Assembly: GCA_963770835.1 (NCBI GenBank)
Contig: CAVYRH010000007.1
Coordinates: forward strand, 96,001-160,000
DNA: 64,000 nucleotides
Direction: 5' to 3'
Source of the DNA: an uncultured Pseudomonadota bacterium
GTDB lineage: Bacteria > Oederibacteriota > Muellerivitia > Muellerivitales > Muellerivitaceae
Below the pieces are notes generated by a model. It was given only the letters and a program-made list of their open reading frames with translations. It did not search any database and had not been told where the DNA came from. Both the position numbers and the translations under genes were made by a program. Positions 1-9,641 of the stretch are shown piece after piece (the stretch's first letter is position 1; each line of letters begins with the position of its first letter).

Positions 1-133
1 TCTTTTCGGCGAGATGGGTCAGGCGCTTCTTTTGGAAGGCCAAAAGGTCCAACCCGCGAAACTGGCCGCTTCCAGGTTTTCCTTCCTTTACCCCGATTTG
101 GAATCCGCACTTCGCTGGGAATTGGGGCGATAG
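1..133 (+). CDS. 3' end of TIGR01777-family (YfcH-like) NAD-dependent epimerase/oxidoreductase, truncated by window edge
   Basis: Frame from nt 2 reads LFGEMGQALLLEGQKVQPAKLAASRFSFLYPDLESALRWELGR* (TAG 131-133), typical of this family's C-terminus. Confidence 0.7.
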   Translation, partial: LFGEMGQALLLEGQKVQPAKLAASRFSFLYPDLESALRWELGR

Positions 134-146
134 GGTAAGTCGGATT

Positions 147-1394
147 TCAGAAAGCCGGTTTCAGTTTGTCGAGAGATTTCAAACCGGCCATTTCCGGCCA
201 GATCCGCAGGACCGCCAAAACCACCAGGATACTCGCCACCCCTCCCAACACCACCGAAGGCACTAACCCTAGGAGAGAGGCCGCAACCCCCGATTCAAAT
301 CCCCCCAGTTCGTTGGAAGAACTGATGAAGATGGAACTTACGGCGGTGACCCGGCCCCGCATGGAATCCGGAGTCAAGACCTGGACCAAGGTTTGGCGCA
401 CGATGACGCTGACAAGGTCCAGGGCGCCGGCCGCCAGCAAGGCCAGGAAGGAAAGCCAGAACCACCGGGATACTCCGAAGACGATGATGGCCGCGCCAAA
501 GCCTGAAACCGCCCAAAGCAACGCCGGCCCCGCTTTCTTCATGGGCGCACGATGAGCCATGAGGATCGAGGTGAGGAAAGCCCCCAGTGGGATGGCGGCC
601 TGCAGACAGCCCATGCCGAAGGACCCGCAATGCAGGATTTTGTCCGCGAAGGCGGGCAACATGGCCATGGCGCCCCCGAAAAGCACCACGAAAAGATCCA
701 TCGTAATAGTGGCCAGGATTAATTTGGTTTTCCAGACAAACCCCAGGCCCGCTCGCAGGGATTGGAGGCCAATCGGTTCGCCTTTGGACTTTGCTGCGGA
801 TTGGCGAATGGCCCCATAGCTCAGGAGCACGGCCAGCTCCAGGGTTGCCACCAGGAAACAGGAATTGGAAAAACCGATCAAGGCATAAAGCATTCCGCCC
901 AGGGCTGGACCCGCCACCATGCCCATCTGGTTGACGTTGCTGTTCCAGGTGATGGCGTTGGTGAAATGCTCCCTGGGAACCATGTGGACGAGCAGGGCCC
1001 GACGGGCGGGTTCGTTGAAGGCCCGGGTAAGGCCGGTCAAAAAGAGAAGGCCGTACATGAGGGGGAGGGGCGTGGAGGACCGGGAAGAGAGGGCCAGCCC
1101 CGCCGCGCACAAGCCGAAGAGCAGGGTGCCGATGAGTACGATGACCTTGCGGTTGTGGCGGTCGGCCACCGCGCCACCCGGAAGCATGAAAAGGAAAATG
1201 GGAAGCCAGATGGAAAAGCCGATGAAGCCCAGGGCCAGGGTGGAATGGGTTCTTTGGAAGATTTCCCATCCCACCAGGACGCGCAACATCTGCTCGCCGA
1301 TCTCGGCGAAGAAGAGGCCGAGGGTGTAGAAACGGTAGTTGGGATACCGGAAGGCGGCGTAGGGATTGTGACGGGTTTTCACGGGGGTCGGCAT
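147..1394 (-). CDS. MFS transporter (DHA3/EntS-like)
   Basis: 415 aa, about 12 hydrophobic segments; GGAVADRHNRK motif A; TPDSMRGRV. Confidence 0.9.
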   Translation of the reverse strand: MPTPVKTRHNPYAAFRYPNYRFYTLGLFFAEIGEQMLRVLVGWEIFQRTHSTLALGFIGFSIWLPIFLFMLPGGAVADRHNRKVIVLIGTLLFGLCAAGLALSSRSSTPLPLMYGLLFLTGLTRAFNEPARRALLVHMVPREHFTNAITWNSNVNQMGMVAGPALGGMLYALIGFSNSCFLVATLELAVLLSYGAIRQSAAKSKGEPIGLQSLRAGLGFVWKTKLILATITMDLFVVLFGGAMAMLPAFADKILHCGSFGMGCLQAAIPLGAFLTSILMAHRAPMKKAGPALLWAVSGFGAAIIVFGVSRWFWLSFLALLAAGALDLVSVIVRQTLVQVLTPDSMRGRVTAVSSIFISSSNELGGFESGVAASLLGLVPSVVLGGVASILVVLAVLRIWPEMAGLKSLDKLKPAF

Positions 1395-1436
1395 AGGAGC
1401 CGCATTGTAGCTTCCGCACGGAAAAATTTAAATTGT

Positions 1437-1491
1437 TGTCCTTGCGAGGAATAGCCGCCGAATAGGCGGCTGTTTATGACGAAGCAACCTC
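1437..1491. repeat. REP-like intergenic palindromic element (GTCNTTGCGAGG...GACGAAGCAA type)
   Basis: TGTCCTTGCGAGGA...GACGAAGCAACCTC with internal hairpin AGCCGCC-GAATA-GGCGGCT; related partial copy at 56726-56749. Confidence 0.55.
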
Positions 1492-1617
1492 AGTTCCAAA
1501 AAATAACATCTTTTTGGAAAAGACTTATTTAAACTGGGGTTGCTTCGGGCAGAACCGGTCCCCTATTCGGGGACCAAGCCCTCGCAATGACAGCAATAAA
1601 GTATTATTTGGAGTTCC

Positions 1618-2436
1618 ATGCCCTTCATCCAAACCGAGCGGGGAAAATTCTTTTACCAGGAATTCAATTCCTCGGGGCCGGTGGTTTACCTTCTCCACGG
1701 CCTGACGGCCAAATCGCAGGATTGGGGAAGCGTTTCCGACCTTCTGGCCAAAATGGGCTTTCATGTTTTCGCTTTTGACATGCGCGGGCACGGCCAGTCG
1801 GACAAGCCCGAATCAGGCTATACCCCCGAAGACCACGCGAAGGACATCGAAAGCTGGGCGGAGGCTTTAGGCCACGCCAAAATCCACGTGGTGGGCCATT
1901 CCACGGGGGGACGCAACGCCTTGGTGTTCGCTGCCCTTTTCCCGGAAAGAGCCTTGACGCTGACGATCGTGGACCAGACCCTCACGAAGGATGAGGAAAG
2001 CTGGAAGAAATATTTGAAGCGCTATACCGAATATCCCGTGCCTTTTCCTGATGAGGAAGCCCTGAATCATTTTTTGAGGAAGAAGTTTTCCCGCGACGAA
2101 AGGCGTTTTGTTTATTACAAAGGGCAGTTTTGGAAAACCGACAACGGGGAGTGGAACTGGAATTTTTCCCCCCAGGCCGCCTGGAAGACCCAGAAACTCG
2201 GCCGCGAAAAGGAAGCCTATGAATGGCTGGGTAAGGTGAAATGCCCCGTTTTGTTTATTAAAGGGGGCGACAGCGACTATGTTTCACCTGAGGAAGCCGA
2301 GAAAATCAAAGGTCTTCTGCCACAAGGACGGCTGGTGGTGGTGGAAAAGGCGGAACACGCCGTATTCCGCGACAATCCGGAAGGGTTCTTGAAGGCGCTG
2401 GGGCCTTTTCTCAGGGAAGCCCGCCCGCAGGTTTAA
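1618..2436 (+). CDS. alpha/beta-fold hydrolase
   Basis: LLHG, DMRGHGQS, nucleophile elbow GHSTGG, C-terminal His (AEHAV). Confidence 0.9.
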   Translation: MPFIQTERGKFFYQEFNSSGPVVYLLHGLTAKSQDWGSVSDLLAKMGFHVFAFDMRGHGQSDKPESGYTPEDHAKDIESWAEALGHAKIHVVGHSTGGRNALVFAALFPERALTLTIVDQTLTKDEESWKKYLKRYTEYPVPFPDEEALNHFLRKKFSRDERRFVYYKGQFWKTDNGEWNWNFSPQAAWKTQKLGREKEAYEWLGKVKCPVLFIKGGDSDYVSPEEAEKIKGLLPQGRLVVVEKAEHAVFRDNPEGFLKALGPFLREARPQV

Positions 2437-2458
2437 CCCCCCGTTTTCCCAAAAACCT

Positions 2459-2486
2459 TTGATTTATTGGCCCTTTTGGGTATACT
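2459..2486 (+). promoter_or_regulatory. Putative sigma70 promoter of typA
   Basis: TTGATT-N16-TATACT upstream of ATG 2552. Confidence 0.45.
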
Positions 2487-2551
2487 TTCGCTCCCTTGAA
2501 GCCGATTGGCAAACGCCAACCGGCTTCTTATTTTTTACAGCAGAGGTTGTC

Positions 2552-4423
2552 ATGACTTTACGCAGTGACTTACGAAATATCGCCATTATCGCCCATGTCG
2601 ACCATGGCAAGACCACCCTGGTGGACGCCCTGTTCAAACAATCGGGCGTATTCCGCGCCAACGAGCATATGGAAGAACGGGTCATGGATTCCAACGACCT
2701 GGAAAAAGAACGCGGCATCACCATCTTCTCCAAAAACGCCTCGGTCATCTGGAACGGTATCCGGATCAACATCGTGGACACCCCCGGCCACGCGGACTTC
2801 GGCGGGGAAGTGGAGCGCATCCTTTCCATGGTGGACGGCGTTCTTTTGCTGGTGGACGCGGCGGAGGGGCCCCTGCCCCAAACCAAGTTTGTGCTGCGCA
2901 AAAGCCTGGAACAAAACCTGGACGCCATCGTGGTCATCAACAAGATCGACCGCAAGGACGCCCGCCCCCACGAGGTGGTGGACGCGGTCTTGGACCTTTT
3001 TATCGCGCTGGGCGCCAACGAGCACCAGATCGGTTATCCCGTGGTGTACGCCATCGCCCGGGAAGGCAAGGCCACGCTGGACCTAGAAAAGCCCGGCACG
3101 GATTTGAAGCCCCTTTTCGAGACGATCGTGAGCCATTTCAAGCCCGTCGAAGTGGACCTGGACTCGCCCTTCCAGATGCTGGTGACCACCACTTCCTACA
3201 ATGAATACCTGGGCCGCATGGCCGTGGGCCGCGTCAAGCGGGGGAAGATTAAATTGAACGATCCCATCACCCTCATCAAGCTGGACGGCCGCAAGGTCAA
3301 CAACAACGCCACCAAACTTTTTACCTATCAAGGGATCAAGCAGGTTGAGTGCCAGGAAGCCTCGGCGGGGGACATCATCCTCTTGGCGGGCTTAGAAGAC
3401 GTCCAAATCGGTGAAACCGTGGCCTCCACCGCCGCGCCCGAGGCTTTGCCGCCCATCTCCATCGACGAACCCACCATGTCCATGATTTTTTCTGTCAACA
3501 ACAGCCCCTTCGCCGGAAAAGAAGGAAAGTTTGTAACCTCCCGTCACTTGCGCGACCGTTTATATAAAGAAGCGGAAGCCAACCCGACATTGAAAATTAC
3601 CGATACCGAAAGCCCCGATGCCTACAAGGTCGCGGGCCGGGGTGAGTTGCATTTGGGCATCCTGATCGAGACCATGCGCCGTGAGGGATATGAGTTCCAG
3701 GTGTCCCGTCCCCAGGTTATTTTTAAGATGGCGGACGGGAAACTCGAGGAACCTTACGAAAATCTCATCGTCGATATTCCTAATAGCAGCGTCGGTGTGG
3801 CCATGGAAAAATTAGGCGCCCGAAAAGGCGAAATGAAGAACATGACCCCGCTTTCCGAAGTGACCACCCGCATCGAGTTTTTGATCCCTTCCCGATGCCT
3901 CCTGGGTTTCCGTACCGAGTTCATGACCGATACCAAAGGGGAAGGCGTCCTGCACCATGTCTTCGCCGGTTATGGCGAGTTCAAGGGCGAAATCAACGGC
4001 CGCAGCCGCGGCGTGCTGGTGGCCTTCGAGGCCGGTGTTACCGCCGCCTACGGCATGTTCCAATTGGCCGACCGGGGCAAGTTTTTCATCAATCCCCGCA
4101 TGGAAGTTTATGAGGGAATGATCGTGGGGGAACATACTCGCGAAAACGATATTGCCGTCAACCCCTGCAAGACTAAGCACTTGAGCAACATGCGCAGCAA
4201 GTCCTCCGACGAAGCTTTGACCATGGAGCCGCCGACGATTTTCTCGCTGGAACAGTGCCTAGAATACATCCAGGACGACGAGCTTCTGGAAGTGACCCCG
4301 CAGACCCTGCGCATGCGCAAGAAGATCCTCAACAACAACGAGCGCATGAAATCCGAGAAACAGACGGCCAAAAGTTCCGCCAAGCAAATGATGGAAGAAG
4401 CCGCCCGCAACACCAGGGCTTGA
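2552..4423 (+). CDS. typA: Translational GTPase TypA/BipA
   Basis: [41 protein letters not shown]; start at ATG 2552 after GAGG RBS. Confidence 0.97.
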   Translation: MTLRSDLRNIAIIAHVDHGKTTLVDALFKQSGVFRANEHMEERVMDSNDLEKERGITIFSKNASVIWNGIRINIVDTPGHADFGGEVERILSMVDGVLLLVDAAEGPLPQTKFVLRKSLEQNLDAIVVINKIDRKDARPHEVVDAVLDLFIALGANEHQIGYPVVYAIAREGKATLDLEKPGTDLKPLFETIVSHFKPVEVDLDSPFQMLVTTTSYNEYLGRMAVGRVKRGKIKLNDPITLIKLDGRKVNNNATKLFTYQGIKQVECQEASAGDIILLAGLEDVQIGETVASTAAPEALPPISIDEPTMSMIFSVNNSPFAGKEGKFVTSRHLRDRLYKEAEANPTLKITDTESPDAYKVAGRGELHLGILIETMRREGYEFQVSRPQVIFKMADGKLEEPYENLIVDIPNSSVGVAMEKLGARKGEMKNMTPLSEVTTRIEFLIPSRCLLGFRTEFMTDTKGEGVLHHVFAGYGEFKGEINGRSRGVLVAFEAGVTAAYGMFQLADRGKFFINPRMEVYEGMIVGEHTRENDIAVNPCKTKHLSNMRSKSSDEALTMEPPTIFSLEQCLEYIQDDELLEVTPQTLRMRKKILNNNERMKSEKQTAKSSAKQMMEEAARNTRA

Positions 4424-4501
4424 GAGGTCTTTTTTTTAAAACCCTTCCTGTTGAAAAGCCAAAAATAATTTTTTAATTCATGGCACCCCATTGTTGATTT
4501 T

Positions 4502-4547
4502 ACCCATTTCAAGAAGGAATACTTGCGTATTCCTTCTTGAAATGGGT
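4502..4547. repeat. Perfect 21-bp inverted repeat, 4-nt loop
   Basis: ACCCATTTCAAGAAGGAATAC-TTGC-GTATTCCTTCTTGAAATGGGT. Confidence 0.9.
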
Positions 4548-4636
4548 CCGCCGTTTTCACTTCCCTTTTAAACGCCCACAAAACAGATGTGCGACCGAAT
4601 TGTGGGAAGGATTAAAAATTAAAAGGGAGGATCGTC

Positions 4637-5173
4637 ATGAGTAAACCTCAGTTTGGGGATCGTAAATTTGCGGTAAGGGTGCATAAGTTAAATTGGGCCA
4701 CCAGGGAACATTTCGATTTTCGATTGGAATATGAGGGGAAACTCTGGTCCTGGGCATCGTGCGACCCGCCGAATTTGAATCCGTACAGACCAATCAAGCT
4801 TTTTTGGACGAATTATCATCAATTGAAATACCTACTTTCCGATAGAATTATCCCTGAAGGCGTGCCGGGTGCGGGCCCTACTGTTGTTGGGGATAAAGGA
4901 GTTTATAGATTTTTGGACGATGGAACAGGTTATGAACAATTTGCGAGAGGCCATATCAGCATCTATCTTTCGGGTGAACTTCTTAACGGGGCATATTCAT
5001 TGAGGCGAGTTGGCTCGAGGCCAGATGATTGGCTGTGGGTCAAGGGACCGGATAACTACGTTGATTTAACCTTCCGATTTCCGGATGAATTGACTCCGCA
5101 AAAAATCCAAGAATTGGGAAACAAAAACCGGATTAATAACAATTTCCTGCCGTTTCTAGAGGGTTATTCGTGA
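4637..5173 (+). CDS. Stand-alone LigD-type 3'-phosphoesterase domain protein (divergent)
   Basis: HFDFRLEYEGKLWSWA, GAG..V..DKG, L.GE.L.G.Y.L, WL..K..D; strong GGGAGG RBS. Confidence 0.75.
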   Translation: MSKPQFGDRKFAVRVHKLNWATREHFDFRLEYEGKLWSWASCDPPNLNPYRPIKLFWTNYHQLKYLLSDRIIPEGVPGAGPTVVGDKGVYRFLDDGTGYEQFARGHISIYLSGELLNGAYSLRRVGSRPDDWLWVKGPDNYVDLTFRFPDELTPQKIQELGNKNRINNNFLPFLEGYS

Positions 5174-5343
5174 AACCCATAACAGGGTGGATAAAGGGTT
5201 ACACGGCTTTTCATTTGAAATTTCTTCGCATAGAATCTTGGGGCGGCAGGTTGCATGCCGGGTTTGAACGTTGTGAAATAGGCGCATAGGTTTTGTGTCA
5301 GTCTTTTAAACGCTGAGCTTTTCAACTTCAAGGAGGAAAGATT

Positions 5344-5922
5344 ATGAAGAAGCGTAACCTGTTGCTTTTCGCGGCTGGACTGGCCCTGTCGGCTGGAAAT
5401 TTGATGGCGGACCAACCCGCCGCTTCCACGACGCCCGCCGCCGCCCCGGCCACACAAATGGCCCCCAAGCCGGCCAAGGGAGATAGCCCGACCGTCACGG
5501 CGATGAAGGCAGCCAACGCCCTGGAAGCCGCCGGTGATACCGCGGACGCCATCGCGGCTTACGAGAAGATGGGCGTATTGAAATCCAAGAAGATGGAAGC
5601 CTGGAGGCTTAATAACGAAGCCCTGGCTTACCTAGTGGCCGACCAGGCCGACAAAGCCTTGCCGCTCCTGGTAAATGCCACCGCCGCGGACGATTCGAAT
5701 TACGTGGCTTGGAACAACCTGGGCACCGCTTACGAGCAAACGAACGATAATGATAAGGCCAAGGACGCCTACCAGAAAGCCATCGACACGGCCAAGGCCG
5801 CTAATGCGAGCTCAGCCAAGGCCGAGGGAAACCTGGCGGCTTTACAGGCCCGCATGGACGCGACGGGCGGGACCAAGTCTGATGACACGACTAGCGCACC
5901 TGCGTCAACCACTTCGAAGTAA
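5344..5922 (+). CDS. Exported TPR-repeat protein
   Basis: Signal peptide, Ala/Pro/Thr linker, TPR AWNNLGTAYEQ..AKDAYQKAI; AAGGAGG RBS. Confidence 0.8.
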   Translation: MKKRNLLLFAAGLALSAGNLMADQPAASTTPAAAPATQMAPKPAKGDSPTVTAMKAANALEAAGDTADAIAAYEKMGVLKSKKMEAWRLNNEALAYLVADQADKALPLLVNATAADDSNYVAWNNLGTAYEQTNDNDKAKDAYQKAIDTAKAANASSAKAEGNLAALQARMDATGGTKSDDTTSAPASTTSK

Positions 5923-5946
5923 GAAACTCTTTTAGCCGGTTTAAAT

Positions 5947-5984
5947 AAAAGCCTTGTCCCGCGAAAGTGGGGCAGGGCTTTTTT
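5947..5984 (+). terminator. Rho-independent terminator (possibly bidirectional)
   Basis: AAAAGCCTTGTCCCGC-GAAA-GTGGGGCAGGGCTTTTTT. Confidence 0.8.
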
Positions 5985-6122
5985 ATTTTCCTGCCCCGGG
6001 GTTCAAGGGGGCTGGCACCCTTGGTATTTAATGAGGTACATAGGGGGAGGTTCCCCTATGAGTGTCAGCGGGCAGTGCTTTTTCTCTTTTCCCCCAGGGG
6101 TACAAGGGGGGGGCCTAAGGGA

Positions 6123-7109
6123 TTATTTTTTGGATGGCGTCGGTAAGGGAGTTGGCTTAGCTTTTATGCGGCTGTCCTTCTTCTTGAGTCCGGGCACACT
6201 GATCCCCATCTGGGCCGCAGCCACCCCCATGGTGCCCTTCATGGGGATGAAGTAAACCGGAATGTATTTCTTGGAATGAACCCGCCCCCGGCTGTCCATC
6301 CGGTAAACGTAAAGCACCTGGTTGTGTTTGAAGGGCTGGCCGATGGGAATGATGATGCGGCCCCCCTTTTTGAGCTGGTTGAACAGGGGAGGCGGCACAA
6401 ACTGGGCCACGCAGGTGAACATGATGATGTCGAATCCTCCTACGTCCTTCCACCCGTAATAGCCGTCCCCCACGCGGGTGTGGACGTTCTTTAAGTCCAG
6501 TGGCTTGAAAACGTGCGATACGGCCTGTCCCAGGGGTTTGATGATCTCGATGGAATAGGCGTCCTTAACCATCCTGGAAAGCAGGGAAATATTAAATCCG
6601 CTGCCGGTCCCGACTTCCAACACGGTTTCCTTCGAAGTAGGATGGGCCAACTGGGCCATATAGGCCTGCCCCTCGTAATCGCTCAAGGCTGAGCCCCAAC
6701 CCAGGGCCCAGGTACGGGGCGGATATTCGTAAGCGGTCTTCGAAAAGTCCTGCTCGTCCTGGTACTCGTAATGGTAATACTCGCGGGGGAGGTCCTCGAA
6801 GGCCTTCATGACCCTCGGATCGGCCCAGCCGAACTTCCGCGTCAGGTAGCGGCGAATATCCTTTAAATATGCGTCCTTACGCCCCTGAACACGGGTGAAT
6901 TCCTGTGCTGTCAGGTGAGTCACCCGTCCGCTTTTCTTGAACGCCTTCAGGTATTTTTTATAGGTCCAACCCTGATCGGCGGGGGTTTTCGGCTTCGGGT
7001 CCCCGTTCGCTAGTGCCGCCGGGGCAAAGCTGGACAGCAATGCCAAACCTCCAACAAAAGTTAAAAGAATCATCCGCCAATTCGTGATTGTGAATTTTCG
7101 ATTGTTCAT
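6123..7109 (-). CDS. pcm: Protein-L-isoaspartate O-methyltransferase family protein with N-terminal signal peptide
   Basis: VLEVGTGSG, GDGYYGW, FDII, QLKKGGRIIIPIG, VYFIPM; start ATG 7109 overlaps upstream stop (ATGA). Confidence 0.8.
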   Translation of the reverse strand: MNNRKFTITNWRMILLTFVGGLALLSSFAPAALANGDPKPKTPADQGWTYKKYLKAFKKSGRVTHLTAQEFTRVQGRKDAYLKDIRRYLTRKFGWADPRVMKAFEDLPREYYHYEYQDEQDFSKTAYEYPPRTWALGWGSALSDYEGQAYMAQLAHPTSKETVLEVGTGSGFNISLLSRMVKDAYSIEIIKPLGQAVSHVFKPLDLKNVHTRVGDGYYGWKDVGGFDIIMFTCVAQFVPPPLFNQLKKGGRIIIPIGQPFKHNQVLYVYRMDSRGRVHSKKYIPVYFIPMKGTMGVAAAQMGISVPGLKKKDSRIKAKPTPLPTPSKK

Positions 7110-9616
7110 GAGCGCCTCAATGGGTTGGCTGGTTTTGGGTTGGCAAGGGCCATGGGAAAGGAGAGGAAGGCCAGACCGTAAAGGAGAAGTCCCAGGACGA
7201 TTAAAAGCCGGTAACCGGCGGAAATGGCCAACAGATTGGCCAGTGGCGTGGCCACGACCGAAAAGGCGCCGTTCAAGGCCCAGGCCCAGGGAATGAGGCC
7301 GCTTTCCCGGGGGAGGCGGGTTAGCCCGAGGGGAAAGAAAAAGCCCAAGGGAACGGAAGCCAATGCGGACCAGGCAACCAGGAACAGGCACTTGGCCAAA
7401 AGCGGCCAGGAAAGCAGGGCTCCCAGAGTCCAATTGAACAGGAGGAGGGTTAAAAGAAGCCAGGCCCCCAGGATGATGGCGGCGGCGCGCAGGCCCGTTT
7501 GCGGGTTTCTAAGGTAACGGTTGGAAAGCCAGCTTCCCAGGCCGGTAAAGACCAGCATGGCCGCGAGGATCACGGAAAAAGAATAGGTGCGATCCCCGAG
7601 GAAATAAGCCCCCTTCTCGATCAGGAAAATTTCGATAAGGAGGAAACCCAATCCCAAACAGGAAAAATAAAGCAGGGATTTAAAGACCTGCGAAATGGGG
7701 AAGGAACCCCGGTGGGGCCTCAGCCAGGGTAGGACCAGTACCAAAAGGGCCCAAAGCAGGGATTGCAGGAGCACCGCGATGTTGATCAGATAACCGATCT
7801 CCTCCCGGGGAATCTGGGAAATGTTTTGGATGATTTCCTGTAGGTGCGAAAGGCGGAGCACCGAATAAAAGAAGGGGCGGTCCTGGGTGGAAGGCCGTAG
7901 GTTGAAAAAATGGGTTTTGAGAAAATCTGGACCCTGGGTGGAAAGAAGCTTGGTGCTGTCGTCCATCAGGGCATCGGAAGCATCCTTGGGCGCGGTAACG
8001 TCTTCTTCGCCCCACACCGTGGGAGGGAGATCGTTGAAGATTTCCGACTGCCCGGGAACAATGCCGGGGAAATAGGAAATGTCGAAGGAACGAAGGTCGC
8101 AAAAGGACTTTAGGGCCGCAAGCTCCTGGTCATTCCAGGGGTCCTTGGATACCAGGAGGCGGGCATTCCAAGCGGAGCGGTAAAAGACAAGGTGGGAAGC
8201 GGGGTCCTTTACCCCGAGGCCGTCCAGGGCCTCGCGGGCGGTTTCCAAAAGCTTCAGGGCATAGACCGTGAACTCGCGGATATTCACCGGCAGGGAAATC
8301 AATCCACCGGGGTTTAGGGACTGGTAATAGCGTTGCAGGGCTTCCGTGGTGAAGGCGTATTTATTGGCGTCGGCCTGGTCGAGGAATTCCGAGGAAACGT
8401 CGATGATGTCAAAACCCTTCTTGGACGCGGCCAAATAGGATTCGGGGGCTTGGCGCAGGAGTGTCACACTATTGTTTTTGAGCCAGTGTTTTTCGTTGTC
8501 GGCCATAGGACCCATGATGAGTTTCAATAGGTTGGGGTCGCTTTCCAAGGCTACCAAGTCTGCAGCCTTGTAACTCAAAGCCTCCCCAATGCGGAAGCCT
8601 CCCCTTGTACCGATTAAAAGACTGCGGCTACCGGGTTTAAGGATATAAGGAAAAATATCCAGGGCGGCTTTGGCATAGGAAAGATCAGCCTTGGGGCTTT
8701 TAGGGAAAGAACTGATCCGGTTGCCGTCCAGGTAGAGGCCATAGGCCCTCGGTGGCCCGTCCACCTTCAACAGGACGTAGTTGTTGGAAAGGTCGATATC
8801 GAGGCGTTCGGTGAAATTGTCCAAGATCATGTAGTAGCCCCAAGGTGAGAACACCTTATGTTTCACTGTGGCATCGGCAACATTGAGGGCTGGCGTGATC
8901 ATTTTGTATTGGCAGAACCGGGCCTTGTTCATCTTCACGGCGGAAACCTCCCCCGCCAAAAAGACGAGAGCCACGGCCATCCAGCCGATCCAGGCTTTGG
9001 ACTGGAACCGGGCGCGGGGCTGGGCCAAAAGGGATGCCAGGCCCCAAAAAGGGATCAAGGTGCACAAAAGGTAAAAGGGGTAGACCCAAAACATGGCCAG
9101 CAGGATGAACAAAGCCCCGGCGCCCGCCCCCACCAGGTCGGCGGCGTAAACCGAGGCGATTTTCTCATTCGTCAAGGCAAGGAAGCTCAGGCTGATATAA
9201 AGGCCCGAGAGGAAAAAGACGGGAAAGAGGGCGGCGTAGTATTTAGCGATGTTTTGGAATTGATCCATCCAAAGGTCCGGATTCTGGAATTCCAGCGGAT
9301 TAAAGGTATTGAGGGTCACCAGGTAAAAGCCCAAGCAAGCCAGGGGTGGCAGGAAGAGCGGGATAAAGAAAAAGAAACGGTGGGCGTGCCGGAAGAAAAA
9401 ATCCCGGAAGAGGCTCAAGACCACCCCGCTGGCGGAATAACCGGCCATGGCGATGGAAATGACCCAGTAACCGTACTCGGACCAACTGGCAATGGCGAAA
9501 TAACGGGTGAGCAGGATCTCAAAGCCGATGCTAGCCGCCGAAACCGCGAAAAGCGCGGCTAGGAGCTGGCGGCCCGGTTTAGAAAGTTGGGTGCGACCCT
9601 CAAGATTTAATGGCAT
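7106..9616 (-). CDS. Multi-pass membrane protein with central spermidine-synthase-like SAM-binding domain
   Basis: N- and C-terminal TM bundles (EILLTR, YAADLVGAG, WAWALNGAFSV); central LLIGTRGG, FDIID, LNPGG, PSTQDRPFF. Confidence 0.8.
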   Translation of the reverse strand: MPLNLEGRTQLSKPGRQLLAALFAVSAASIGFEILLTRYFAIASWSEYGYWVISIAMAGYSASGVVLSLFRDFFFRHAHRFFFFIPLFLPPLACLGFYLVTLNTFNPLEFQNPDLWMDQFQNIAKYYAALFPVFFLSGLYISLSFLALTNEKIASVYAADLVGAGAGALFILLAMFWVYPFYLLCTLIPFWGLASLLAQPRARFQSKAWIGWMAVALVFLAGEVSAVKMNKARFCQYKMITPALNVADATVKHKVFSPWGYYMILDNFTERLDIDLSNNYVLLKVDGPPRAYGLYLDGNRISSFPKSPKADLSYAKAALDIFPYILKPGSRSLLIGTRGGFRIGEALSYKAADLVALESDPNLLKLIMGPMADNEKHWLKNNSVTLLRQAPESYLAASKKGFDIIDVSSEFLDQADANKYAFTTEALQRYYQSLNPGGLISLPVNIREFTVYALKLLETAREALDGLGVKDPASHLVFYRSAWNARLLVSKDPWNDQELAALKSFCDLRSFDISYFPGIVPGQSEIFNDLPPTVWGEEDVTAPKDASDALMDDSTKLLSTQGPDFLKTHFFNLRPSTQDRPFFYSVLRLSHLQEIIQNISQIPREEIGYLINIAVLLQSLLWALLVLVLPWLRPHRGSFPISQVFKSLLYFSCLGLGFLLIEIFLIEKGAYFLGDRTYSFSVILAAMLVFTGLGSWLSNRYLRNPQTGLRAAAIILGAWLLLTLLLFNWTLGALLSWPLLAKCLFLVAWSALASVPLGFFFPLGLTRLPRESGLIPWAWALNGAFSVVATPLANLLAISAGYRLLIVLGLLLYGLAFLSFPMALANPKPANPLRRS

Positions 9617-9641
9617 TTCAAAACCTCTTTTATTTCCAAAT

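Noticed and set aside
295..1419. 374-aa alternative-frame ORF over the MFS gene
   Set aside because: Pro/Arg/Gly-rich off-frame shadow of a well-supported gene
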